Shown here in pieces: positions 24,036-36,470 of a stretch of DNA of 48,927 bases. A program made the position numbers and the translations under genes. The notes beneath the pieces are model-generated. The model saw nothing but the letters and a program-made list of their open reading frames with translations, ran no database searches and was not told the DNA's origin. Numbering within the stretch: the first letter of the stretch is position 1; the number at the start of each line of letters is the position of its first letter. Source of the DNA: Hyphochytrium catenoides (taxonomy: Eukaryota; Protista; Hyphochytriomycota); contig FLMG01001811.1 of assembly GCA_900088475.1 (NCBI GenBank), forward strand, positions 1-48,927, given 5' to 3'.

Positions 24036-25137
24036 TTAGAACGATAGAGAGAAAGGAAGCCAGATAACGATCCACAAATATAATAGAGGAAAGAGAAGTA
24101 AAGGAGAGAGAGAGTAGCCTCTCGCGCCCACCAAGCTCTCTGTCCTGTCCGGTGATGAGATATTCCCAAATCTCTCCTTTCTTGCTCGGCCGACACTTTG
24201 TCTTCCAGTCCCGAGGCCAGATGATATCTATAGCAGAGAGAGAGAGAGAGGCGAGAGAGAGAGAGCGAGCGAGCGAGAGAGAGAGACAGAGCGAGAGAAG
24301 AAAGAAAGAGACAGAGATTAGAGAAAAAGAGGGAGAGAGTGGTGGAGGGAGGAGGAGAGAGGGAGAAAGAGAGATAAAGTAGCAAAGTTAGAAAGAAAGG
24401 TGTGGCAGGTGTGAAAAGGGAAAAACAAGAGAGAGAGAGGGAACCATAGAAGAGGAAGGCAAGTGACATAGAGAAGGAGAGAGAACAGCAAAGAGAGACG
24501 GACAGGAGAGGGAAAGAGAGATAGGGACGAGAGGGAGAGAGAGAGAGAGAGAGAGAAGGGGATAAACAATGAGGAAAGGGTGGCACCAATATTATTAAGA
24601 AGTGAGGACAGAAAGATAGAATATAGAAGATAGAAAATTGAACTCAGTAGCTCAGAAAAGGAGAGAGAAAGAGCAGCGTAGTTGTGGATAGGACCTAAGG
24701 GATAGAGAGAGAGAAGGACAGAGAAAGGAAGAAAGAGAGAGAGAGAGAGAGAGAGAGATCCCTCTTACTATCAAACTGGTCCCGCATATAGATTGCCCGG
24801 CAGTTGAACTCATTGTTGATATACTTCCTGAAGAGGCAAAGAGAGAGTGAGAGCACATTAGAGAGAGAGAGACTCAGGCCACAGAAAAACATTGAGAGAG
24901 AGAGGGAGAGAGAGAAAAGAGAAAGAGAGAGAATTACTCAGGAAAGAGAGAGAAGATAGTGGGACCAAGAGGGAGAGACGTTAAGACAGCAAAGGGAGAG
25001 GAGGCACAGTTAGGGCTAATGTGAGCGAGACACGCTGAAGAGAGAAAAAGAGACGAAGACAAGTTTGGAGAGGCTCGTCCGGTAGATGTAGAGAGTATAT
25101 AGAGGGGAGAAGGCACATGACAAGAGAGAGAGAGAGG

Positions 25138-25175
<38 letters not shown>

Positions 25176-25277
25176 CAGAGAGCAGAGAGAAGCGATCTTA
25201 CGGCGTGAGAAGGGCTCTTCTAAGCGTTCTAAACGCGGGAGGACGACCCAGCTTCCTCTCTTCCGGATCATCGTACG
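14620..25277 (-). CDS. MORN-repeat protein, ~22 short exons; N-terminal RRM-like fragment and coiled coil, C-terminal coiled coil (5' end may extend to ~26151)
   Basis: Hand-spliced exons give consecutive MORN repeats: YKGPWKYREKEG, GIYEGEFRMGRRH, ANGDLYEGPF, FADGAT|YEGDVRDGRITGRG, GYG|KESAPGDGYKYIGHFSGGRKEGR|GRQYFKDGEVYSGWFSDDLFHGRG, FTYE|GTFCLGRP. The last exon 14909-14620 ends RKKSS*. Confidence 0.85.
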
Positions 25278-25867
25278 CTAAAGTGATTAGCGCATTGTCC
25301 TTACGGCTGCCCATTCTCTCTCTTTCTCTCTCTGTCTCTCTGTCTGTCTGGCTCTCTCTCTCTCTCTTTCCTCTATCGCTTCGCCATCTCTCTCTCCTCC
25401 CGCGTCTGTTGCTCCACTCTTTTGTCTTCTTCTTCGGCTAGATCGACAGCGAGCTTTCTATGCTTAGGGAGAGAGCACCGGGGTCAGGACAGAACGCAGC
25501 ACTGCCCCGGTCGCCAATGAGGAGAGGGGACGATAAGTTGAGTCATCTTTTCTCGCTTTCTTCTCTCTCTCTCTTCTTCTCTCTCTCCTTTCTCTCTCAC
25601 TCTTTGTCTCTCACTCTCTTTGTTTCTCCCTCTCTGTCTCTGATTCTGTCTCTCTTCGCCTCTCTCTTCTTATCGGTCTCATCAGTTGTGCGCTCTTGCA
25701 AGTTGTATCATTGAGGTACGGAGGGCTTTGGAGCGAGAAACAGAGGGCGATAGAGAGGGCGATAGAGAGGTAGAAGAGAGGAATAGAGGAGAGATGAATA
25801 GAGGAGAGGGGGAGAGAGAGAGAGAGAGAGAGAGAGAGNNNNNNNNNNNNNNNNNNNNNNNNCGAGC

Positions 25868-25903
<36 letters not shown>

Positions 25904-25930
25904 CCCGCGCGTGAGAGAGACAAAGGGACA
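14980..25930. repeat. Dense (GA)n/(CT)n microsatellite and purine-tract field forming most intron sequence (also 1-9 kb, 37-41 kb, 45-46 kb)
   Basis: Directly visible; most N gaps lie inside such tracts. Confidence 0.97.
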
Positions 25931-26493
25931 GAGGCCAAAAGGTTGATGATAGCTATGAAAGACAAAATTGAATAACGCCCAAAACTGATAACCAGTCTTT
26001 TATTGTAATTAGTAATCAGATGCCTGCAGATTGTGAAGTGTCATTTTTGTGGTGCAACTTCTGAAGCTTTTTCTTCGTCTGTCTGGAGATCTCCGTCATC
26101 GACTGTCTGGGGACCTTTGGAAGAGGTGAAGCTTGGCTTTAGAGCCTGCATCAGATGCCAAAAGCAGTCAAACGTAGCGTGATAGGACCTCAAAGTTTAT
26201 TGAATAGTCAGGAGCAATAGGCCGACAGACAGGCCTGCTTTTAACCCTAAGGTCAGATAGGGATTGGGGGAAGGGCAACATGTTTCGCTTCTCTTGAAGT
26301 CTCGGCTTCCTCATCATAAAATGACCCTTCTCCCGACATATAAGGACTCGTCACGTATCATCTCAACTAGACATGTGCATTGGCGCTGCTAGAGCAGCTC
26401 CCTCTAATGCTTTGACCTGTCTCTACTTCCCCCTCTTACGAAGGATGCAGGTCGTCTTCTGTTCATGGCTTACTCTCCAACTGTGCGGCTTCC

Positions 26494-28126
26494 TTAGTCC
26501 TTTTCTACATAGCTGATAACATGCAGCACCTCGGGCCAGCAGGTTCCGATGTAGAGCAACTGGGAAACTATAGAGATGAGCTCTGCAATCGCCTCGTGAC
26601 GGCTGGTAAGCAGGTTGAAAGGGTTGAACCAGCGGCCGTTGACAGCTTCAAATAGATACAGAACTGTATAGGGAACATAGTTAATGAAGGGTCATTCCAC
26701 TCTCGGAGCGCTGTCAGGCAGCGAAGAGACTGGGCAAGCTCTCAAGAGGAAAAAAGAAGCACCGAAAAATTGCGCAGATAGAGTGCTTCGGTGGCAAGGC
26801 AGGAAAGCAGGGTAGTCACGCCTATCGAACTGTCAGAAAGACAAGGGCTATGGCATAGAGACCTCCAGAGGAAACGACGCACTCTTCGCCGCCAAGGAAA
26901 CATAATAGAAGTAAGAGGATGATAAGGAAAGCGAAGGAAAGGACAAGAGAAGGAGCTGGGGCATGGTAAGAGCATACAGATCACTGAGGAGATTATTCCC
27001 GTCCGGATAAGGTAGCGCCCCAGCGTGACCCAGTGCCTGCACCGAGAGCATTATCATCGCGGTTAGAGGCCAAACAAACGACAGTCTCGAAGGACTCAGG
27101 CAAACAAAGCACTAGGACATTGTTCCAGAGAATGCATACAGACGGACGGATATAGGAATTAGAGAGAGAAACCGCGAGAAAGAGAGAGGGAGAAAGAGGT
27201 TAAGGCAGAAGAAGAAGGAGGTGTATGTCCTGTTAAAGAGGATGGAGAAGGAGAAAAGCCAGCCCTTGCGGAGTGAAAAGAGATATATGAAAAGCCATAT
27301 TGCAGAGCGCTCACCATCAATGAAAAATCAAATGGAATGAGCCAAGAGGTTCCAAGCGAGCGAGAGTGAGAGAGGATAGCGCGCAGGAGATAGCTCTTAC
27401 AGGTGATTAAGCTTGAGACAGATTGTGTTCCCCAGGTCAGCACAAGTGATCCTCAGATGTCCCTTCTGCTCCACCACGTCCGAACGCACACTTTGCATGC
27501 CAGAGATGGAAATCCAGGCCATGATAAAGAAGACCGTGGAGAAGAAAATGTGCGCATCGTGGTAGTTCTTCATATCAAAGACCGCTAGCCCCATGAGAGT
27601 AACGCTAGCGAGAGGAGTGGCCACTGCGACAATCAGTCGAGCTTTCTATAGCAAGGAGAAGAGAGAGGGGAGAGAAAGCAGTGGAAAGTGAGGGCAGACA
27701 GCGATGTCAGAGTGGACTCTTTCCTCCTGATGAGGAAAGGAGGAGAGACACCTGCGACAGACAAGGGCGTAGGTGTGCTCAGAGAGAGAGGCATGCTAAG
27801 AAGCAACGACAAGAGGGCTGAGGCCAATAAGATCTAGAGGAAAAGAGGATGTGGAGCTTGGTAGGAGAGCGTCATACCTTCCGCGTCTTGGGAGCGGCAG
27901 CCATTCTAGTTCCGAACTGAGACATGAAGATTCCAGTCCCTCCTATACAGAGAGCGGTCAAGATCATTCCGATCTGAAAGACGTAGCCCTCAGGAAAGTG
28001 CTGGGCGGCGTAGGAGAGCGTTGGATAGTGTGTTGAACAGTCAAAGCGCATAGTGCAGGTGAGAAAAGTCAGAGCGGCGAAGGTAGTGAGACCAATGATG
28101 GGAACTAAGAGAGGAATGACGGCCAT
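26494..28126 (-). CDS. Frag1/DRAM/Sfk1 (TMEM150-like) membrane protein, multi-exon
   Basis: Exon 1 MAVIPLL...YPTLSYAAQHFPEGYVFQIGM. Internal LAVFDMKNYHDAHIFFSTVFF. Last exon HEAIAELISIVSQLLYIGTCWPE...EKD* (TAA 26494-26496). These match the family pattern (P.IS....PE, H...A.FF, A..E). Middle splice sites are uncertain. Confidence 0.85.
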
Positions 28127-28175
28127 CCCCAGGCCATAACAGCTTCGGCGCTGTACGGTGCGCTCTCCGGAGCCT

Positions 28176-28242
<67 letters not shown>

Positions 28243-29474
28243 AAGAGAGAGAGAGAGAGAGAGAAAAGGAGAGATACAGAGTCATTGTCGAGAGGCCACT
28301 CGGCAGAGAACACGGATAGAGCATTGCGGCGGCAGCGCAGGTCAACGAGACGAAGAGAGTGGGTATGATTCGGATCGCGATAACAAGGGCTTAAAAGTAA
28401 GCATGGCAGGCTACGGATGACCCATTGGCAGATAGGAGAGAGAAGAGAAGAAGAGGTCAAGATCGAGCACTGAGAAAGAACACATACGGAGAGGTTGAGA
28501 AGAGGAACAGTCCTGGACGTGCAGGAGGTAGACAGAGAAGAGCTTATCAAGCCCTGAAAACACAGGTGTTCAGTCTCATCCTTACGCTGATAAAGCGGCA
28601 TAACGTCCGTGTGACCATAGGCTTCGCTTCCAGAGTAATAGCGAGAGCTGAGCTTCATGTCAAGCATGAATAGCCGTCAACAAGGGATCCTGGACTGTGC
28701 CAATCTTCCGCCGTAAGCAGAGTAGCTCCTCCTACAGCGGCGCTGAAACCTCACTACCACGAGCTTACTATCTTACGGCCCTACCCATTACTCCTTCCTT
28801 CTGAAGTGCCAAGCAATCAGTCGAGCTCTGCAGCCTTCCACATCCCTAAGCCCTAAGCCCTGCGCGAAGGCTGATGGGACAGTGTTCACAGGGCTGAAGG
28901 TGCCGTTGGACAGTTGCCGATGAGGTGAAGGTCCACAGGGCAATAATCTCTAATAAAATAACCGTGCACTGGACCGCAAGACACGACAGAAAATGTGCCT
29001 AAACGGACAGAACACTCCCGAAAGTGCCACCGAAACACCCTAGGATAGACGTATAAAGCCTTCTTTCACCTTATAGGATTGATAGAGGCCTTCACTAAAT
29101 TAACTACCCTTTCCGGATATATAGGTTTACTTTGGTGTGGTCCCAATATAGTCGTATTACCATCATGTAAGCTAAGGTTCAACTGCAAAGGAACTCGAAG
29201 AATCAGACAAGTAGGACCGAAAATAGCTTAAATTCGTAAGATGGAGTTTTAGGGTCGTGAATGAATGGCGTGGTATAACAAGCGACCCTCCTTAATTCGA
29301 CCGTCAGAGTTAATTTCGGTCATCTGAAGATTCTGATCTGCGATGATTTCTGCCGCTTGCAGAAATTTGTCCAGATGAAGCTCCAGAATTCAGATTCGAC
29401 ATCGGTTCAGATGACTAGCGGCGCGGCTCTACGGGATGCAATCTGTTGATGGAGATGCTGCTTGAGGCACTTGT

Positions 29475-32400
29475 ATGGTGATGCCGGTGTCCTGTGGGAT
29501 ACTGCTGCCTTTATCCCTGGGAGAGGGTTTTGACGGTCTTCTCAAACCTCTTCTAACTCTGGCCATAGCCACGATTATCGTCGCGTTCATCTTTCATCAC
29601 ATCACGCAGAACAGGTTCGGTGCTGCCCGGATGCATGAGAGAGCAGATTCTCCTCAGAGTCAAAGCAGAAAGAGTGGACTGTCTATGGCAATGGATAGCG
29701 TAAAGGAAAGCATAGCCCTTCTACGCAAGTACACGGCTGGTCAAGCACCTCGCGAAGCCTGGGAAGGGCTAAAATCGGCCCTAGCTTTGGCCGCAGCCGA
29801 GAAGGTAAGCAGAGTGCAAGCAGAAAGCTAGCCTTTCTCTACTTTTGAAGTCGCTTCTCTCTCGCACTCGTATGTGTCTTTTCTACGTCTCCGTTTCTTC
29901 CGTTCTGTCATCTGTCATCTGCTTTTTCTCGTTCTCTCTCTCTCTCTCGCTGTCTTGCTCTGTCTTACTCTTCTTTCTATCATCCTGGTCTTCGAGTATG
30001 TCTCTCTTTTCCTCCCTTCAATGCCGTCGTTTCTCTCCTTCTTCCTCACCCACAGAGATGACTCTCTCTCTCTCTCTCTTCTCCTTCTCTCTGTCTCCTT
30101 TGTCCTTTTACTGATCTCACTTAGACGTCTCACTGTTATCTTTGCAGGTTCTGGAAGACATCTCAGAGGATGAGCTCTCGCAGATTCTGTCTCACTGCCG
30201 AGCCGAGTTGATTCTTCTCAGACCACGAACCTGTTCCCTCGTCCTCGAGAGTTTGCGCTGTCTCTCTCCTGAATGTAGGGAGGTGAGTGTTCAGACCACT
30301 CAAGTAGGGAATGAGAGAGAGAGAGAGAGTGGAAAGGAGGGAGAGAGAGAGCTGTTATGGCAAGGAAACGAAAGAGATAACGGAACAGGGAATGGGGAAA
30401 GATAGGTAAACAGTAGGAGAAATGGAGCAGATAGACAAAGCCAGCGACAGGCGAAGGGAGAGCGAAAAAGACAGAGAGAGAGAGAGAGAAAAAGGAAAGA
30501 GAGAAAGAGGGGGAGAGAGAGAGAGCCAGGGAGCGAGAGAGAAGGAGCAGACGGATTTAAGGACAACGGATGGGATGAGAGTGCTAACCTGCTCTCACCT
30601 CTCCTTCACACTAGCGGCCAAGTTTCTATGAGACCAAGCTTCTCCATAAGCTCTGCTCTGTCATCCGCGATGAATCCTCTCCCCTGAGCGTTAGAAGACA
30701 AGCCGCAGTTCTCATTTTGGATGTACTAGGAGAACAGAAAGAGACAGAAGAGGAGAATTTGCAAAAGGATGGAAAGAACGCGTACCAAGCGGTCTCTGCT
30801 CTCTCTTCTACCCTAACGCTACTCCAATTCCTCGTGGAGCATCTCTCTCTCTCTGGCTTAGCCATCGTAGATCCTCCTGCCTCAGAAGGAAAGGTGAAGA
30901 CGGCTCTTGCAAGAAAGAGAAAAGAAGAATGCGCCTTTTGCATCCACACTCTCTTGCTCTCTTTGGAAGATGAAGGAGAGAAGAGAGAGATTCTAACAAA
31001 CTCTCAACCCGCAGCCACAGACCTTCTCTTTCAGGTTATTCTCTCTCCAAACACGGATGCAAGCTGCGCCCGAGCTCTATATGAGACGTTCTCCATGGCC
31101 CAGCAAACCTGTCAAAAGCTTTCCGTCTCTGATCCGGAGACTAGGAAAGCACTTCTTGAGATTGAGAAGAGAGTGAGAGCGAGAGGAGACCCTGCTTATG
31201 GGCTGGTATGGCCCATTGGGACGACAGTGAAAGCGATTGTCCTCTCAAAGGCAGCGAATGGAGAAGAGAAAGGAACTCAAGAGAAAGAGATCAATGGGCC
31301 AATTCCCTCTCTCCCACTTCCACCGCCGGACAGTCTCTCTCTCTCTTCCTCTCCTTATCTTTACTTTCACGTCTTACGGCATATGGAAAAAGGGGAGACA
31401 GCGGAGGTTAGCCTTGCCGGGGAGCAGAGAGTCTTATTTTCTCTCAGGTTGCTTGAGGCTCGCTTACCACAGCCAGAGAACCTAGAAAAGACAGGGAGAG
31501 AAGAGAAAGAGAGACTAGAAGTTCTCCAGTCTCTTTCCGCAAGGGCGAAGCTTCTCTTCCGTTTGGGAGAGTATGCCAAGGCAGAGAAAGACTATCGTCG
31601 TGCCTCTCTCTATGGCACAAGAAAGACTGGGACAGATGAGAGAGAAAGGGAAAGAGACAGAGAAGAAACTCTCCAAACAGGGACTATGGTGGCAGCTAAG
31701 AAGAGAGAGAGAGACCAACAATATTTTTCCGCTATGATCAGTGATATCAATGGCGACGGGACCTGCGACGTCATCTTTGACGACGGAGACGAGAGAAACG
31801 ACGTTCCTCTCTCTTCCCTAAGAGTATTGAGGAGCCAATTGAAGGACTCTAAGGAAGAGAAAGAACTGCAGGAAGAGACATACAAGTGCATGTGAGATAG
31901 CGCAGTTTTTCTCGAGCTTTCTCTCTCTGTGTGCTCCTGTGGAGCCATCTCTCTCCTTGATCCTCATTCCTTTCACTCTCTTTCTTAAAACGATCGCCCT
32001 CCTGTATCTTCTCCCTTTCTTTATCTCACTTCTTCTGAACCGCCCTCCTGTCTCGTCTTGTCTCTCTCTCTGTGTCTCTCTTAACTCCCTTTTTCTCCTT
32101 CCTCTGGCTCTCATGTTGAAGACACTTGTGTTTGTGTTCTCTCTTTCACCGTCCTCTCCTCTCTCTGTCTCTCCTGTCTCAACTCTTTTGCAGCATCAAC
32201 TCTGCTCGCTGCCTTCTCAAGCTTGAGCAGTATATGGAGACCTATAGACGATGCACGCAAGCCATAGAGTCCTATCCAGACCGGGCCACAGGCTATTATC
32301 TTAGGGCTAAAGCTCTAATGGCGCTTCACAAGCTGAGACATGCGCAGAAAGACTTAGAAACAGCGAAAAAACTGGAGCCACAAAATGCAGCCATTCAGAC

Positions 32401-32521
32401 AGCGCTTCGAGAGCTAGAGGAGAGAAAGAAGGAAGAGAAGAAGAGTGAGAGAAGGCTACTGAAAATGATGTTAGAGCACGTCTCTTCCGTTCCCGGACTG
32501 GATGACATAGAAGAGCGGTAG
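29475..32521 (+). CDS. 689-aa TPR protein with N-terminal TM helix, helical-repeat region and inserted Tudor-like domain; exons 29475-29804, 30148-30282, 30615-31891, 32194-32521
   Basis: Three GT-AG introns keep the frame (2070 nt total). TPR motifs: AKLLFRLGEYAKAEKDYRRA, NSARCLLKLEQY, GYYLRAKALMALHKLRHAQKDLETAKKLEPQN. Confidence 0.88.
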
Positions 32522-33847
32522 ATTCACCGAGGAAACAAAGGAAGACACACACACACACACAGAGAGAGAGAATTGTGACTGGTAAAGAAGCAGGAGGAGG
32601 TAGCGACCGCCGGGCAAAGCTCGGCTCAGTCAAGATCGAACGTGCATTAGGTGACCGCAATGACTGAGGTCTGACAATGGCAAAGGGGAAGAGAGAAGAA
32701 GAGACCTGGGGTCGGACAAAGAAGCTTTCCATGCTTCTTAACACTCTGTTTCCTCCGCTGCTGACTGTTGGCGTCTCTCTCCCCTCTATCACTGCGCTAC
32801 CTGGTCTCCCAATATTTAACTTGACAAAGAACGTCAAATTTCTTTATCGAGCTTATGACAATGAGGAGCGAGAGAGAGAGGAAGAAGCGATGGGTAAGAC
32901 AGACCACAAGCCATTACCTATCAGACAGAGAAAGGCTATCTTCTACTCATTGAACTCTGCCCTACCCTACGAGAGAGAGAGAGAGAGAGAACAAGCTGAA
33001 GAGAGGGCAATGTTGGCGACATTTATTGCTCCTGGGCATCACTTCTCCCAGGAGCTTAAGTTATCGCCTGGGAACTGAGGAGAGACAGGGTACTTCCTCT
33101 TCCTTCCGACTAGATCATGAGTCCCGTTGACTCCAAACTCTGACCCGAAGGTCAGATCGCTAGCCTGTTCCAGTGCTGTTAACGCTGGATAATAAAGAAT
33201 AGCTCCTGCAAAGCTCCCGTTACTCTGGCAGAGGAAGCAAGTGCATTGACGCTATGATGAGCATCAGGCATAAAGAGCTTCCCTGCGGCACGAAGGATGA
33301 AAGAAAACATGAGAGAGCAAAGGTGCTTTTGAGACAGGGCATTAAGCAAAGATGATTTGGAGATAGAGCCTTTACTTATCCCATTAGAGGTCAATGGGAG
33401 GAAGAAAGAGAGAGAGAGAGAGAGACAGATAGTTAACGAGATAGATGCGTTCGGCGGACATAGAGCCTCCAAAGATCTAAGATATCCTTATGCAAAGTAT
33501 CTTAAACTGCGATGTTCTATGAACTTTCATACTGACCATGCCCAGCGGAGCATGTGACGCAACACTTAGCCGAGATGGGGCAGGCTAACATAGCTTCATG
33601 GCCCAATAAAAGCTCCAGGTCTCGCACAATTCACAGTCTACCTCAGGATGTGTTTACCTTTGCGGCAACTTTCATACGACTCTCAACTAGCTAGTTTGTT
33701 CTTTAGCAGATAGCCAGAGCTAGCGAGCGAGAAAGGCGCTGGCCACCTTTTACTAGTCAGAGTGAATCCCAACTTACAGCAATCACCCTTCGTAAAATAG
33801 CTACGTCAAGCTCTCTTTGTACACCGTACAGGCCCATGAAGCGCCAA

Positions 33848-34639
33848 TGGTGGCCGATATCGGTTTGGCCTTCAGCTTCTGAAGATTGGAAGACAGCTGA
33901 CTGTTGCGAGCCAATGACAGAGCTTCAGGCTTCCGAAGAGTTCCTGAGGCTTCAGAGCTCGCAGAGATTGAGAATCTAATATCCACACACCTCAATGCCG
34001 CTAACGGCTAACATACAGCTCAAACCTAGCATACAGCATCTAACGGACAACTACACCCTGTCAAGGCGTCTTCACTGCTTTCACTTCCTAGATAATATAA
34101 TAACTTCCCTTGTACCATGAATGGATCACACTTGTAACTTTTTCCTAGACAGAGGTTTTGGCCCAGACTCCGCGATTCACAATAGTCATAAAGCCTCAAT
34201 GGAAAAAAAAGCTGTTTTTGAGCTTGAAGAGGCCCTTAAATTCTAAATGACACACTCGCATGCTCAGTCACGAAACTTTCAACGTTTCGTGATCTAGTCG
34301 TGGAAAGGCCCCATACAATTTCTAATAAACCCAGTGCGTTATTTCTCTGAAACTAACGTCGATATTAAAGATTTCCTGGCACCGTTCCAGAAAGCCCTCA
34401 GTTAGGGCTTCAACATGGCGTTTAGAGCACTAAAAATTTCCTAATAATCGGAGAGAAGGAATTATTATTGGCAATTTCGGTCCACTCGTGGACGGGCGGG
34501 TGCGCCCTTCAACGTCTGTCTTTCTGCTGTATTGCTCGAACTCTTCTGGAAGCCTGAAGCTCTGTCATTGGCTGACAAGAGTCAGGTGTCTTCCAATCCG
34601 ATCTTCAGAGGCTGAAGGCCAAACCGATATCGGCCACCA
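33848..34639. repeat. ~100-bp inverted repeat pair (33848-33943 / 34538-34639) around a ~595-bp spacer; MITE-like or inverted duplication
   Basis: tggtggccgatatcggtttggccttcagc...gaagagttc is the reverse complement of gaactcttc...gctgaaggccaaaccgatatcggccacca, apart from a few mismatches and indels. No target-site duplication seen. Confidence 0.85.
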
Positions 34640-34649
34640 GTTTTTGAGG

Positions 34650-35267
34650 CAGTTTGGTACCAACAAGCTATCCTCCCCGTCCGCCGTGGGCGGCCTGGGC
34701 CTTGTGTCTGCCGCCTGCCTGGCGATCCCTGCTTACATTGGGTCCATGGGTGCCTCGGCCCAGTTGATCAAACACCTGCCACGCATGCCGGAAGCCGAGG
34801 GTTACTCTCCACGGTTAGCTGACGAGTTGCTCCATGCCTCCAGGAATACGCTCGCAGTCCATGACGCGAAGTGCGTGTGCCCTTCTCTCGACTCATCTCT
34901 CGAGAAGAGACTAAACTTCAGCATTATCTATCACGGTTTGTTTGGTCGGCCTCTGCCAAGGCCCTGTTGTCTCGTGCTGACTTGGACCTGCGCTCGAGGG
35001 CTCGCTTACGTGCCACTTCTCTCTCGCATGCTGGGGCTTTCCTTCGGGCTGCTCCCCCCTGGCTGCAGCTGAGGGTTTTGTCCCCTTTGGTATTCCGGGT
35101 CATGCTGTGGCGCTTGTTGTTTAGGAATCCCTCTTGTGCGGTCTTCTGTCTCCCTTTCTTGTCAGACCTGCTCTTGCCCTTTGGATATTTATGGAGATCA
35201 TGGTATCGTCTGTCGCCGCGAAGGTGGTGCTGATCATCAGCGTCGTCGTCGAGTTCAAACATTCTAT
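34650..35267 (+). mobile_element. Degenerate 5'-truncated CRE-like (RLE-type) non-LTR retrotransposon fragment
   Basis: Frameshifted peptides GGLGLVSAACLAIPAYIGS (RT C-terminal region), SHAGAFLRAAP..LSPLVFRVML.RL and CQTCSCPLDIYGDHGIVC (CCHC knuckle) occur in the order typical of CRE-clade elements. Confidence 0.8.
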
Positions 35268-35282
35268 CTAGTCTGGCTCCCG

Positions 35283-35587
35283 TTAACCCCACTGCAGCGA
35301 GTCCGTGATGAACACATCGAAAGCCGTATGTTGATAAGAGTCCGAGGAGCCACGAACCAACAGGTCTCCCGGTTTCAGATTTGACCCCGGAAGGAGATGA
35401 CGAGGTTCACGAGAGACTTTGAGGCCAGAGTCCCGAAAAGCATGAAATAGAGGGTCTTGAGCACGACGATGACGCTGATTAGCACCACCACCACGGCGAC
35501 AGACGATCCCATGATCACCAAAGACATCCATGGGGCAAGAGCAGGTCTGGCAAGAAAGGGAGACAGAAGACCGCACAAGAGGGATTC
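35283..35587 (-). mobile_element. Second, inverted CRE-like fragment: CCHC knuckle plus PD-(D/E)xK restriction-like endonuclease
   Basis: CQTCSCPMDVFGDHGIVCRRGGGANQRH...VSREPRHLLPGSNLKPGDLLV...TAFDVFITD matches the RH / EP / PD / DV motif order of RLE domains. Confidence 0.85.
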
Positions 35588-35588
35588 T

Positions 35589-36470
35589 GTGAGGAAGATG
35601 ATATCCCCGTGTCCTTCTCCTTGTCCCCACAGCTCCCGCTTCCTGTTGTTCCTCCCCGTCGCCCTTATTAGTGACGTGATGATGGTGGAGGAGCTGCTTC
35701 CTTCCTCTATCTTTTTCTCTTTCTGGCCTTCTACTAGTTTTCGCTCTTGTTCCTCTTCTTGTTCGTAGTACATTTCTTTCTTATCTTCCGGTTTCTAACG
35801 AAAAAGAGGTGGGTTAATAGCTACCACTATAATCCACTAATAAGAAGAAATAAAAAGAAGAACAAGAAGAAGAAGGAGGAGGAGAAGAAGAAGGAGAAGA
35901 AGAAGGAGAAAACAGAAGGAGAAGAAGAAGAAGAGGGAGAAGACCTTGAAGACGAGACGAGAAGAGCTACAGAGTCCAGTCCCCGTCCACCAACATTTTC
36001 GGGAAAATGAAGAAGAATATGATAAAAGAAGGAAGAGGAGAAGAAGAGGTCGTGGCACCGAGACCATCATGAACTTCCTGTTATATATTTATCAAAAACA
36101 ATAGCCCATAATCACTCCTCTATAATTCATCGAATGAAAGGCCATATAACACATTAAACTATTCAGTCTTAGCCGGTCTCTAATGCTATTTTCTTGAATG
36201 ATCGGGAAGCTTTATTCACTAGCAACTATAGTCTAAAGGAAAGTAGTAGACTACTCTTTTTATAGAGAAAATAGGAGAAAATGTCCAGTTCTACGAACAA
36301 GAAGAGGAACAAGAGCGAAAAGTTAGCAGGCCAGAAAGAGAAAAAAGAGGAAGAAAAAAGCAGCTCCAACATCGCTCGGTGGCCACAAAAGAGCAGCTCG
36401 GGAGGGTGATCGACCAGAAGCGGAAGCTGTGGAGATACCGAAGAGGACGCGGGGAGATCATCTTCCTCAC
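35589..36470. repeat. Inverted pair of a ~180-bp dispersed repeat (35589-35768 minus / 36291-36470 plus); diverged third copy ~7564-7730
   Basis: Copies share ctacgaacaaga..gaacaagagcgaaaa..aggccagaaagagaaaaa..agcagctcc..gctgtgg..cgggga.atcatcttcctcac. Confidence 0.8.

Noticed and set aside
28844-28861. ccctaagccctaagccct telomere-like repeat
   Set aside because: Only ~2.5 units, internal, and not an exact TTTAGGG/TTAGGG array.
32677-33078. 133-aa plus-strand ORF after the TPR gene
   Set aside because: No recognisable motif, and partly made of GA tracts.
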